A stretch of DNA of 64,000 nucleotides from Gammaproteobacteria bacterium (GTDB taxonomy: Bacteria > Pseudomonadota > Gammaproteobacteria > UBA4575), in NCBI GenBank assembly GCA_965221955.1, contig CBDCTA010000029.1:128001-192000 (forward strand). The letters are read 5' to 3'. The notes under the pieces were generated by a model. It worked only from the letters and a program-made list of their open reading frames with translations. It was not told the origin of the DNA and made no database searches. Positions 17,703 to 27,304 of this stretch are shown here, piece by piece; within the stretch, counting starts at the first letter, position 1, and each line of letters opens with the position of its first letter. Made by a program: the position numbers and the translations under genes.

Positions 17703-17845
17703 TGGCTTATTTTATTTTTATTGGCGACATGCTTGTGATGGCATTCATGATTGGTGTGGTGGTTTGGGTATCTATGAAATCTTCAGATAAATCTACAAAG
17801 AAAGCAGCGCGTATTCCTTTAGAAGACGAGGACATCAATGGCTGA
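17702..17845 (+). CDS. ccoQ: cbb3-type oxidase small subunit (47 aa, not in ORF track)
   Basis: MAYFIFIGDMLVMAFMIGVVVWVSMKSSDKSTKKAARIPLEDEDING, overlapping the ccoO stop and ccoP start, with a typical AA.IPL.D tail. Confidence 0.85.
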   Translation: MAYFIFIGDMLVMAFMIGVVVWVSMKSSDKSTKKAARIPLEDEDING

Positions 17846-19130
17846 TATGCCAACAGATTTCTGGGCAGGATGGATTGCTGTTCTAACCATTGTTAGTCTG
17901 CTTGGTTTGGCGTGGTTAGTTTTTAGTATTTATTTTATTGCAAATAAACAAGAGCAAAATGAATCCCCGGTGTGGGATCACACGCTAACCGAAGATAACA
18001 ACCCAGCACCGATGTGGTGGTTTTGGATGACCTTGGGTGCCTTAGTGATCACAGTCGTCTACTTAATATTATATCCAGGGTTAGGCTCATTTAGTGGAAC
18101 ATTAAAATGGTCTCAGCACGGACGTCTTGATCATAGCCTTGGTCGATATAACGAAAAATTTTCTCCCATACGAAAATATATTCTTCAACGCCCTATTGCA
18201 GAAATTAAAAAGAATCAGGCGATTATGGAATCTGCACAACGAGTATTTGTGCAGAACTGTGCGGTTTGCCACGGTGTGGATGGCAAGGGTCAGGCCTTAG
18301 CTTTTCCAAATTTAAAAGACGATGATTGGCAATGGGGAGATACAGAGAATCAAATTGCAGATTCGATTATGCAAGGTCGTCGAGCGGTAATGGTTGGATG
18401 GCAGAATGTAATAGGTGATAAGGGAGTAGAGCAAGTAAAAAACTATGTTAAGACTTTGGCTAGTAAAACAAAGTTAACATCATATAAAGAAGGTAAAGAA
18501 ATTTTTAATAAAAATTGCGCTGCATGTCATGGGTTATTGGGTGAAGGAAATGCGGCACTTGGGGCTCCAAATCTTGCAGACAATATTTGGTTGTATGGGA
18601 GTTCAGATGAGGCTATTACGCAATCCATTGCTTATGGTCGTAGCGGAATGATGCCCTCATTTTCTAGTCGTTTAGATAAAACACAAATTCGCATGCTTAC
18701 GGCTTTATTATTACCAGAGCGTGAATCAACTTTAGTGACAAATCAGATTGAACATGTAGTCAAAAATGAGGCAGAACAAACATTAACACAAGAAACAGCT
18801 TTAGAAACTGATAATTACTTAGGCGATAAAGTATATAAGCAATATTGTGCTTCCTGTCATCAAGTTAATGGAATGGGTGTGCCGGGTGTATTTCCTCCTC
18901 TGATTAATAACGAAACAGTATTAAACAATGACCCAGGTCAACATATAGATGTTGTCTTAAATGGTATTAAAGATAAAGTTATTGCAGGAGTGGCATATCC
19001 AACGCCTATGCCTGGGTTTGCTGCTCAATTAAATGATGAAGAAATTGCAGCCGTGGTAAATCATGAACGTACTAAATGGGGTAATCAAGCAGTACAAATA
19101 AAAATTATTGATGTATCTGCAAGAAGGTAA
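17838..19130 (+). CDS. ccoP: cbb3-type oxidase subunit III with an extra C-terminal cytochrome c domain
   Basis: NNPAPMWW, YLILYPGLG, and haem motifs CAVCH, CAACH plus an additional CASCH. Confidence 0.92.
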   Translation: MADMPTDFWAGWIAVLTIVSLLGLAWLVFSIYFIANKQEQNESPVWDHTLTEDNNPAPMWWFWMTLGALVITVVYLILYPGLGSFSGTLKWSQHGRLDHSLGRYNEKFSPIRKYILQRPIAEIKKNQAIMESAQRVFVQNCAVCHGVDGKGQALAFPNLKDDDWQWGDTENQIADSIMQGRRAVMVGWQNVIGDKGVEQVKNYVKTLASKTKLTSYKEGKEIFNKNCAACHGLLGEGNAALGAPNLADNIWLYGSSDEAITQSIAYGRSGMMPSFSSRLDKTQIRMLTALLLPERESTLVTNQIEHVVKNEAEQTLTQETALETDNYLGDKVYKQYCASCHQVNGMGVPGVFPPLINNETVLNNDPGQHIDVVLNGIKDKVIAGVAYPTPMPGFAAQLNDEEIAAVVNHERTKWGNQAVQIKIIDVSARR

Positions 19131-19217
19131 TTTTGATATGGGGAGTAAAGATGCTGGTTTTAATATGTATTATATTTGATTAAAGAAGCATTAGAACTAA
19201 CAAGTTGAGAAATTACT

Positions 19218-19757
19218 ATGTCACAAATTCTAGATAAGTTGCATAAAGATCATACTAACTTCATTAAACTTCTGGAATTTTTAAAACAACAGTTACAACT
19301 TCTAAAAGAATACAAACACTCAGATCTCGAACTTATTTTAGATGCGATTAGGTACATGAAGGAGTACCCAGATCTCATCCATCACCCATTGGAAAATGTG
19401 GTCTTTAAATATTATTTAAAGCACCATAATAAAGTGTATGAAGAAGTCAATGACTTACTCCACGAGCATGATGAAATGCCTCGATTAACTGAAAAACTAA
19501 TTGAAATATTACAAGCTGCTTTATCCGACATGCCTCAAGAAAGGTCTCAGCTCTGTGCGTGTTTAGAAGAGTATATTGCTAAGCAAGTTGAACACATGAA
19601 TCATGAGGAAGTGAGTGTATATCCAGAAATAGATTCTGCGCTTAGTAAGCAAGAATGGCTTGAAATAAAGAGTGAATTAAAAGATATAGAAGACCCATTG
19701 TTTGGGGCGGAAACAAAAAAAATATATAAGGCTTTGTATCAACAAATCATTGGGTGA
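19218..19757 (+). CDS. Hemerythrin/HHE cation-binding domain protein
   Basis: LHKDH, HHPLE, LLHEH, EHMNHEE..VYP. Confidence 0.85.
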   Translation: MSQILDKLHKDHTNFIKLLEFLKQQLQLLKEYKHSDLELILDAIRYMKEYPDLIHHPLENVVFKYYLKHHNKVYEEVNDLLHEHDEMPRLTEKLIEILQAALSDMPQERSQLCACLEEYIAKQVEHMNHEEVSVYPEIDSALSKQEWLEIKSELKDIEDPLFGAETKKIYKALYQQIIG

Positions 19758-19811
19758 AATAATTTATGTAAATTTCAGTTTACTGAGTAATTTATAATAA
19801 ACTATTCAACT

Positions 19812-20226
19812 GTGTTTTTTATTATCGCTTCAATGGGTTCTTCAGCGGTACTACTATTTTCAGTACCGCACAGTTCACTTACTCAACCTTGGAATTTAAT
19901 TGCAGGACATATCATCGCTGCAATTGTGGGCGTAAGTTGTGTCAAACTTTTTGGCTCTGAACTCATCGCTGCAGCAGTGAGTGTAGGCGTAACCATGACG
20001 GCATCTCATTTAGCACGCTGTGTTTCATCCTCCTGCGGGCGCAACAACTATTTATGCTGTGATTGGTGGTGCACACGTACATGAAATTGACTACCTTTAT
20101 GTTATTGCACCTGTGCTTATAAACACATTAGTTATTTTCGCAGTAGCAGTTTTATTTAATGGATTGTTTGGCTGGAGGCGATATCCAAAATATATGAGTA
20201 ACAGCAGAGAGGTTGTTTCGGATTAA
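19812..20226 (+). pseudogene. HPP-family membrane protein, apparently 5'-truncated and frameshifted
   Basis: ASMGSSAVLLFSVPHSSLTQPWN in the first ORF and HPPAGAT in the second frame. Extra base near 20020-20025. Confidence 0.75.
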
Positions 20227-20243
20227 AGTTTCTCAAACTCAAT

Positions 20244-20271
20244 ATGACTGCTTTCGGCCAATAGTGGACAT
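20244..20271 (-). repeat. A-type palindrome copy in reverse orientation
   Basis: Reverse complement ATGTCCACTATTGGCCGAAAGCAGTCAT differs by one base from the copy at 6741. Confidence 0.85.
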
Positions 20272-20448
20272 CCATATATCTAGGTTATACCGTATATCAA
20301 AAAATAACTTTTTCCTGTTTTAAATCAGAGCAATTTTGCTAGTTATATGTGTATATTCCACTTATTAAATAGTATGCATGAACATAACTAAATGGCCTGT
20401 ATTCCTCTGTAATACTTTAGGTCAAATATACTTAACAGGTTTATAAAT

Positions 20449-21402
20449 ATGGAAAATAAGGATGTGAAGCTCGTGAGTGTAGATAATGTTGTGGACAATA
20501 CACTTGAATCTTCATTAGATATGGATAGCTCAGCAGAGTTAATAATGAATACTGCTGAAGATGTGTTAACTAAAGAAGAACTACTTGAGCTGCAATCATC
20601 ACGTGACTTTTTTGGTCTACTAAAAAAGAAAGATTATAGCCTTAAAAAATTTAAAAAAGCCCTTGCATATGAAGAAGATCTACGTTTACTACAAGGTGAA
20701 CTGGTAAAACTACAGCGTTGGGCACAAGAAGAACAACGTCGTATTGCGATAATTTATGAAGGGCGTGATGCTGCTGGAAAAGGTGGAACCATACGACGTT
20801 TTGTAGAACATATGAATCCTCGCGCGATGCGAATTGTTGCATTACCTAAGCCAAGTGAAGATGAAGTGGGTCAATGGTATTTTCAGCGTTATGCAAAACA
20901 ATTGCCAAACAAAGGTGAAATCGTGTTTTTCGATCGTAGTTGGTATAACCGTGCGGTGGTGGAACCCGTCAATAAATTCTGCACAGAAAAGCAATATAAA
21001 CAGTTTATGCGTCAAGTGCCGGAATTTGAGCACATGCTCTATGAAGATGGTATAGATCTAATAAAATTCTGGTTTTCGATATCTAAAGAAGAACAGCTTA
21101 AGCGATTTAAGTCGCGTGAAACTAACCCTTTAAAAGTATGGAAACTTAGCCCAATCGATAAACGCGCACAAGAATTATGGGACGACTATACGAAATACAA
21201 GGAGAAGATGTTTAGTCATACACATACTACATTTAGCCCCTGGATTATTGTACAAGCAAATAGCAAAAAATCTGCACGACTAGAAAGTATCCGCCATGTG
21301 CTCTCGAACTTTGATTATGCTGGAAAAGATAGTGCCATCAGTCTTCTGCCTGACCCAAATATCATCATGCGTTATCATCGTTCAACTACGCATATCGACT
21401 AG
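20449..21402 (+). CDS. ppk2: Polyphosphate kinase 2
   Basis: EGRDAAGKGG, QWYFQRY, FDRSWYNRA, WKLSPID. Confidence 0.95.
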   Translation: MENKDVKLVSVDNVVDNTLESSLDMDSSAELIMNTAEDVLTKEELLELQSSRDFFGLLKKKDYSLKKFKKALAYEEDLRLLQGELVKLQRWAQEEQRRIAIIYEGRDAAGKGGTIRRFVEHMNPRAMRIVALPKPSEDEVGQWYFQRYAKQLPNKGEIVFFDRSWYNRAVVEPVNKFCTEKQYKQFMRQVPEFEHMLYEDGIDLIKFWFSISKEEQLKRFKSRETNPLKVWKLSPIDKRAQELWDDYTKYKEKMFSHTHTTFSPWIIVQANSKKSARLESIRHVLSNFDYAGKDSAISLLPDPNIIMRYHRSTTHID

Positions 21403-21448
21403 ATCCTTGAATAACTGAAATTTTATATAAAAATTTTGTTATCTTTGA

Positions 21449-21476
21449 GTGTCTGCTTTGGGTTGTAAGCAGACAT
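21449..21476 (-). repeat. B-type palindrome copy in reverse orientation
   Basis: Reverse complement ATGTCTGCTTACAACCCAAAGCAGACAC, close to the copy at 7491. Confidence 0.8.
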
Positions 21477-21539
21477 TTTAAATAAGAATTAAATCAGTTG
21501 CGGCATGAATGCTGTAACTCTTATTCGCTATCCCTATGC

Positions 21540-22283
21540 TCACCAATAACTCTCTGTAGTGATATGCCCAGGGCTGCGGCGTAAATTTTTCTTAAGTCCT
21601 TTTTCTTTTAACGCATTACGTGTATCAACCAACATGTCAGGATTACCGCACATCATCACTTGAGAAAACGTAGGTGATATTTGTAATTTAGTCTTTTCTT
21701 CTAAACTCTTATTTTCAATTGCAGCAGGTATGCGACCAGGCATTGCAAAATTAGTTTCTTCTCGACTTACAAATGAAACCATTTGGAATCGGTCTTTAAA
21801 TTCTTTCTCAAAATTTGCAATGGTATTTTTATATGTCAGTTCATTTGCAAACCGAACAGCATGCACTAAAACAATATTTTCAAAACGATGCCATACTTCT
21901 TCAGATTTAAGAATGGATAAAAAAGGTCCAAGAGCAGTGCCAGTTGCCATCATCCACATATCACGGCCTTCTGGTACTTCGTTTAATGTAAAGAAACCAT
22001 TGACCCGTTTATCAATGTAGATTAAATCACCAGCACGTAATTCTGCGAGTCTTGGTGAAAGCGGGCCTTCAGAAACTGTGATGGAGTAAAACTCTAGCAG
22101 TGATTCATGTGGTGCATTTACAAATGAGTAAGGTCGTCCAACGATTTGGTCACCAATTTCTAAGCCAAGTCTTCCGTATTGGCCCGCAGTAAACGGGTCA
22201 ATATCTGCTTCTATTTGAAGAGAATAAAGCAAATCTGTCCAATGCTTATTCTCGATAACTTTTCCTTTTACCCAATTACTCAT
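21540..22283 (-). CDS. fpr: Ferredoxin/flavodoxin-NADP+ reductase
   Basis: RPYSFVN, GPLSPRL, MATGTALGPFLS, MCGNPDM, and C-terminal ESYW. Confidence 0.93.
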   Translation of the reverse strand: MSNWVKGKVIENKHWTDLLYSLQIEADIDPFTAGQYGRLGLEIGDQIVGRPYSFVNAPHESLLEFYSITVSEGPLSPRLAELRAGDLIYIDKRVNGFFTLNEVPEGRDMWMMATGTALGPFLSILKSEEVWHRFENIVLVHAVRFANELTYKNTIANFEKEFKDRFQMVSFVSREETNFAMPGRIPAAIENKSLEEKTKLQISPTFSQVMMCGNPDMLVDTRNALKEKGLKKNLRRSPGHITTESYW

Positions 22284-22438
22284 AAAAATATTCGTGTTTG
22301 TAATAAAACGTTTTGAGAGGCAGGATCAGGCAACATAGTGCTGTAGTTGCTAAAAAGCAACTACTCATGCATAGATATAAGCTTAGTTATACTAAGCGTA
22401 AACTATGCATCAAATGTAAAAAGTGATAGCTGAGAGAA

Positions 22439-23083
22439 TTATTTACTTACGGGTAAGTTTGTCTCAGGTGCGTTGGTTTTGCCATTAAATCGGTTCACGA
22501 AGAACTGTAAAACGCGTTTAATTCCGCGCCACAGTTTTGGTAATAACCAAATCATAAGCAGGATAAACACTGCAAGTAATGCAATAAATATATAAGGATG
22601 CTCAATGGCAGCCCAGATGCCTGCAAATACTGCAATGTCTTCTACTAATGAAGCTGTCCAGTTGGTAACCGGTTCGGGTGAAGTATTTATCATCACTCGG
22701 CTTCCAGCCTTTGTGAAATGAGTACCAGCTGCTACAGAGCCTCCGACGATTGCTGCAGCTAATTCTGCAGCCGGCGTGACGTCTCCGATCATGCCGGCTG
22801 CGAGTAATGCGCCTGCAGGTATGCGCACAAATGTATGTAAAGTATCCCAGCCTGTGTCTACTCCGGGAACTTTATCGGCAAAAAATTCTACGCCGTACAT
22901 TAAACCAGCCGCTGCAATTACGAGAGGATCACCGATAATTTGCAAATCCGCAGGTAAATCAACATAACCCGTGTTCGACATAATGCCGAGTGCAAGTAAT
23001 GTTCCATATAGGTTGATACCACTGGCCCAGGCGACACCCATGGTAAGTGCAATGGTTTGTACAAGCGTTGAATATTCTTCCAT
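22439..23083 (-). CDS. DUF4126-family membrane protein
   Basis: WASGINLY, EFFADKVPGVD..WD..HTFVRIPAGA, NTSPEP. Confidence 0.85.
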   Translation of the reverse strand: MEEYSTLVQTIALTMGVAWASGINLYGTLLALGIMSNTGYVDLPADLQIIGDPLVIAAAGLMYGVEFFADKVPGVDTGWDTLHTFVRIPAGALLAAGMIGDVTPAAELAAAIVGGSVAAGTHFTKAGSRVMINTSPEPVTNWTASLVEDIAVFAGIWAAIEHPYIFIALLAVFILLMIWLLPKLWRGIKRVLQFFVNRFNGKTNAPETNLPVSK

Positions 23084-23238
23084 TTTTTGCCTTTACGTGT
23101 TCCAGGTACTAATTATGACTTCGAAAAATGTAATTAGTGCCTTAAATTACAAAAGCTTAACGTAAAATTTTGTAAGGAAAAAAGGCATGTTTTTCAAGGT
23201 TAATCTTGAAATTACTAAGTGTTGCCCCCATATTGCTA

Positions 23239-23568
23239 CTAAAGAAGTGGGATAAGACAGAGCTCAATTCGATTATTCTTTATTCTGACAGGGTAACGTT
23301 GGAGTGCTTGGGTTGCAGGTTTCTCCATGGGTTCGCCGGTGCGAACGTTAAAACGGCTACCATGTAAGGTACAGCTAACAAGCTCACTTTTTAAGCAACC
23401 TAGAGATAACGATGAATCTTCATGTGTACACATATCGTCAACGGCATATAGTTTGCCCTCAACATTGGCTAATAAGATGTCTCCTATTTCAGTAGAAACT
23501 TTTTTAGTTGTACCTATTGGTAAATGTTCTACAGACATAATGTCTATGAAGTTAATATCTTTATTCAT
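23239..23568 (-). CDS. Rieske [2Fe-2S] ferredoxin
   Basis: CTH..SLSLG..CTLHGSRFNVRTG. Confidence 0.9.
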   Translation of the reverse strand: MNKDINFIDIMSVEHLPIGTTKKVSTEIGDILLANVEGKLYAVDDMCTHEDSSLSLGCLKSELVSCTLHGSRFNVRTGEPMEKPATQALQRYPVRIKNNRIELCLIPLL

Positions 23569-23605
23569 GCCAATTTTTAAAAAGCAATTTTAAATTGATC
23601 TAATC

Positions 23606-23845
23606 ATGCCGTACTTTATATATAAAATCACTTCTGGTTCAGCAGGTGCGATTAAAAGTCTTGAGCTTGTTGATCAATATGATGAATTTAAAGTAGCTAA
23701 AAAAACGATACGAGAAAAACGCCCTGAAGTAGAACAAGATAGTCGCACAGTTTTAAAAATGATTTTTGCAGAAAACGAATTTGAGGCTGAACAACGACTA
23801 AGTGCACCTCGTGATGCACCCATCTTGCGAGAGTGGGAAAAATAA
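23606..23845 (+). CDS. Hypothetical protein
   Basis: 79-aa ORF with plausible composition, co-oriented with downstream genes. Confidence 0.65.
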   Translation: MPYFIYKITSGSAGAIKSLELVDQYDEFKVAKKTIREKRPEVEQDSRTVLKMIFAENEFEAEQRLSAPRDAPILREWEK

Positions 23846-23878
23846 ATTACCTTTATGCCACATTCATAGAAGCAAGTT

Positions 23879-24352
23879 ATGGATGAGCAACACTATCGAA
23901 ACACCTATAGCAGTATTAATCCTCAACGCTGTGTGTTTGAAAAAGCAATTAATTCACGAGTTTGTAACTGTGATAAATCACAACGTTTTAATTTAGCCGA
24001 TCGCGAAGGAGTAGCTTGTAAATCTGCGACTGCACTTGCGCGTTGTGAAGAGCTTCTTGAACGTCTACATGCTAATGCTCGTTTTACTTTGCAACGTCTT
24101 GATGTTGATCAACTTGGTCATGCGCAAGAGATTAAAATACAAAATGGAGGGTTACTGGGTCTTTACACTAATCTCACAAATACAACTCAAAGCAACGTAA
24201 ATGATATTGATTCAGTTGTATCTGCAGCAGAAAATAATTACGGCAGTATAAAAGACTTTCCATATTCGAAGATTATGCAGGTAATCAGTGCTTATCACAT
24301 CCGAGGCAAAAGAATGGCAAATAATAAAGCGAGACCTAAAAAAGAAATTTAA
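23879..24352 (+). CDS. Cys-containing hypothetical protein (paralogue of 60883-61305)
   Basis: C.F..(C)..C..AC..C pattern and KIQNGGLLGL. Confidence 0.7.
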   Translation: MDEQHYRNTYSSINPQRCVFEKAINSRVCNCDKSQRFNLADREGVACKSATALARCEELLERLHANARFTLQRLDVDQLGHAQEIKIQNGGLLGLYTNLTNTTQSNVNDIDSVVSAAENNYGSIKDFPYSKIMQVISAYHIRGKRMANNKARPKKEI

Positions 24353-24358
24353 AGCTGT

Positions 24359-24961
24359 ATGCCGCGTCTAACTAAATTAGATCAGTTGTTAACAAACGTG
24401 CGATCTTGTCGTGCATGTGAAGCACACCTGCCTTTAGGGCCAAAACCAGTTTTGCGTGCCAAGCGTAGCGCAAAAATATTAGTAATCGGACAAGCGCCTG
24501 GTACTAAGGTGCATGAAAGTGGTATCCCATGGAATGATGCAAGTGGTAAGCGTTTGCGTGAGTGGATGAAAGTATCAGACGATGTATTTTATGATCAAAG
24601 TAAGGTAGCGATTATTCCTATGGGATTTTGCTATCCTGGTAAAGGTCCATCTGGTGATTTACCTCCACGAGAGGAATGCGCAACGCTTTGGCATAAAATA
24701 CTTTTAGACCACTTGCCCAAAATCAAAGTAACATTGTTAATTGGACAATATGCTCAAAGATATTATTTAGGTAATTCAGAGTATTATAGCCATACTACCG
24801 TTACCGAGACGGTAAAAAATTGGAAAAAATTTGCACCAAATTATTTTCCATTGCCACATCCTTCGCCAAGGAATACATTATGGCTGAAGAGAAATAGTTG
24901 GTTTGAACAAAAAACCATTCCTCAGTTGCGTAAAAATATACGCATGATATTGAATGGCTAA
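24359..24961 (+). CDS. Uracil-DNA glycosylase superfamily protein
   Basis: CRAC, IGQAPG, WNDASG, GFCYPG, PLPHPSPRN. Confidence 0.88.
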   Translation: MPRLTKLDQLLTNVRSCRACEAHLPLGPKPVLRAKRSAKILVIGQAPGTKVHESGIPWNDASGKRLREWMKVSDDVFYDQSKVAIIPMGFCYPGKGPSGDLPPREECATLWHKILLDHLPKIKVTLLIGQYAQRYYLGNSEYYSHTTVTETVKNWKKFAPNYFPLPHPSPRNTLWLKRNSWFEQKTIPQLRKNIRMILNG

Positions 24962-24981
24962 TCTTGTTTTAGGAGCTATCT

Positions 24982-25368
24982 ATGTCGGAAAACGAATCAA
25001 AAGCAGAGCATTCACAAATACTCAGCACGGGTATTGAAAACTATGAAAACTTAAAAGATATCACTACGCTTGTGTATCTTTTACAAGCCATTGCTTTTGT
25101 TGGTTTCACTCCTATTATTGCTGTGATCATTAATTATTTTAAAAAGAGTGAAGTCAAAGGCTCTATTTTAGAAAGCCATTTTCGCTGGCAAATTCGTACC
25201 TTCTGGTGGGGGTTATTATGGTTTGCTCTAGCGGCTTTATTTAATTGGACCCTTATCGGAGTTGTCGTTGGTATACCCATATTTGTTGTGGCAACAGTTT
25301 GGTGGTTCTATCGCATTGTGAAAGGCTGGTTAACTTTGAATAAAGATCGACCGATATATACATCATAA
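24982..25368 (+). CDS. DUF4870-like membrane protein
   Basis: IAVIINY, SHFRWQIRTFWW, YRIVKGW. Confidence 0.8.
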   Translation: MSENESKAEHSQILSTGIENYENLKDITTLVYLLQAIAFVGFTPIIAVIINYFKKSEVKGSILESHFRWQIRTFWWGLLWFALAALFNWTLIGVVVGIPIFVVATVWWFYRIVKGWLTLNKDRPIYTS

Positions 25369-25527
25369 TTTTATTACCGCTCATCCGAGTTAGGAAAATA
25401 AAAAATTATATAAAACAATAGGTTATTATATTTTTAAGAACCTATCTATATTGGTATATTATAAATTACTTATATAGAAGTTATCCTTACCTCATTAAAA
25501 ATTTAAACCATTTGTGAGGATGAAGTG

Positions 25528-25725
25528 ATGGAAAACTTTTTCAATAAGGTAAATAAGGTAGATACCAATGCTACTTATCACAACCCCTATTCATTTTTAA
25601 CTAGAGAAGTAAACACTACTGGTAGATCTAAAAGATTAGGTGATTTTGTAACAACTCTATGGCTAGAAACAGCAGGCCTTACTGTATTTATGTCAACGGT
25701 TGCACTAATCCCTACGTTTTTTTAG
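25528..25725 (+). CDS. Small hypothetical protein with a hydrophobic C-terminus
   Basis: GAGG RBS, followed by a strong terminator. Confidence 0.5.
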   Translation: MENFFNKVNKVDTNATYHNPYSFLTREVNTTGRSKRLGDFVTTLWLETAGLTVFMSTVALIPTFF

Positions 25726-25778
25726 AAATTTAATGAGTACATAATTTAAGGAAGAAACTACATATATGGATAGTTTAG

Positions 25779-25813
25779 ACCGGCTGTGATGGAAACATCA
25801 CAGTCGGTTTTTT
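25779..25813 (+). terminator. Rho-independent terminator
   Basis: ACCGGCTGTGATG-GAAA-CATCACAGTCGGT followed by a T run. Confidence 0.8.
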
Positions 25814-25893
25814 ATTGCTTGTATGCTTTATATGCAAACTTACTCGGGAACTCGAGCGAACAGGATGACTCTAAATTTTCACACTTATGAATA

Positions 25894-26715
25894 ATGAAAA
25901 TAATGACTATTATGAAAAATATTCTTGCTCTGTTTATTTTTTTAAGTGCAACTTCATTAGTACAAGCAGATACATTGGTGTTATTACATGGTTACTTGGG
26001 CTCATCACAAGATTGGAAACATTCCGGCGTTGTTCAGCAACTCGATGAAGCAGGTTGGCGAGATGCAGGAGTGTTGTTAATTCGCCAAGAGCGTGTGGTA
26101 GCAAGTAACGAAAAAAATAAATACATTAGACGTTTATATGGTGTTGAACTAGCAAGTGAACAATCAATTGATACTCAAGCTGATCAGCTTGATCAATATA
26201 TAGAATATATTCGCCACTTACACCCTGGAGAACAAATCATATTAATTGGTCACTCTGCGGGCGGAGTGGTTGCGCGTTTATATATGGTGAAAAAACCCAG
26301 CTCGGATCTAGGAGCCTTGGTGACGATTGCTAGCCCACACCTGGGTACAGAAAAAGCGGCGTATGCACAAGCAGTTTCAGAAAACTTATTAGTGTGGGTA
26401 GAAGCACTTCCTGGAGTAGGGAAGCTATATCGGTCACAAGGATTGTTTTTTGATTTAATCCCTAATCGTTCTGATAATTTGATTGGTTGGTTAAATTATC
26501 AAGAACACCCGTCAGCTCGTTATTACTCAATCGTTAGAGAGGAAACGGATGATGCTATGCAAGATTTTGTCGTTCCAAGTTGGAGTCAAGATATGAATGA
26601 GGTATATGCGCTACGTGGGCGGTGCGATAGTTATAAAATAAAAAGTATGCATAGTTTGACATACAAAGATGGTGAACTGATCAAAAATATACTTATTGAT
26701 ATTTATACTATTTGA
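25894..26715 (+). CDS. Secreted alpha/beta hydrolase (lipase/esterase-like)
   Basis: Signal peptide, VLLHGY, GHSAGG, IASPHLGT. Confidence 0.85.
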   Translation: MKIMTIMKNILALFIFLSATSLVQADTLVLLHGYLGSSQDWKHSGVVQQLDEAGWRDAGVLLIRQERVVASNEKNKYIRRLYGVELASEQSIDTQADQLDQYIEYIRHLHPGEQIILIGHSAGGVVARLYMVKKPSSDLGALVTIASPHLGTEKAAYAQAVSENLLVWVEALPGVGKLYRSQGLFFDLIPNRSDNLIGWLNYQEHPSARYYSIVREETDDAMQDFVVPSWSQDMNEVYALRGRCDSYKIKSMHSLTYKDGELIKNILIDIYTI

Positions 26716-27246
26716 TTGGATGCAGATATTTTGAAAGTACTTTATGCATTAGTTTGTGTAATATTTTTGGTTTCTATTTCTGCATGCGCAACCCCAAGTG
26801 CTGTTGAAAAGAAAAAGACAAGTACTAAACTGTATTCGAGTCAATCAAGTCAGTTTGAGAAAAATTTCTTAATAGCCGTAAATCAAGTTAGATCAAAAGC
26901 TAGGAAGTGTGGGAAACAGTTATTTACAGTGGCGCCTGCACTGCGTTTAAGTAATGACTTAAATAAAGCAGCGCATAAGCATTCTCTAGATATGTATGAA
27001 AATCGCTTTTTAGAACACACCAGCTCAAATGGCGATACTATAGTAGAGCGTATGCAAGCGATCGATTATTCATGGAAGGCAGTTGGTGAAAATATTGCGC
27101 ATAATCAAAAAACGATAGGGCAAGTAATCGAAGATTGGTTAAGTAGCCCTGGGCATTGTAGCAACTTAATGTCTGCAGATTACACTGAAACGGGTATAGC
27201 ACAGGTGAACTGGTATTGGACGCAAGTTTACGCCCGACCTAAATAG
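26716..27246 (+). CDS. CAP/SCP-domain protein (probable lipoprotein)
   Basis: AAHKHSLDM, GENIA, WLSSPGHCSNLM, YWTQ. Confidence 0.88.
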   Translation: MDADILKVLYALVCVIFLVSISACATPSAVEKKKTSTKLYSSQSSQFEKNFLIAVNQVRSKARKCGKQLFTVAPALRLSNDLNKAAHKHSLDMYENRFLEHTSSNGDTIVERMQAIDYSWKAVGENIAHNQKTIGQVIEDWLSSPGHCSNLMSADYTETGIAQVNWYWTQVYARPK

Positions 27247-27304
27247 AAAAATGGATTAATTAAAAGATTAAAATAGTAAACATTGTGTTGAGATTAGGTG
27301 CAAT

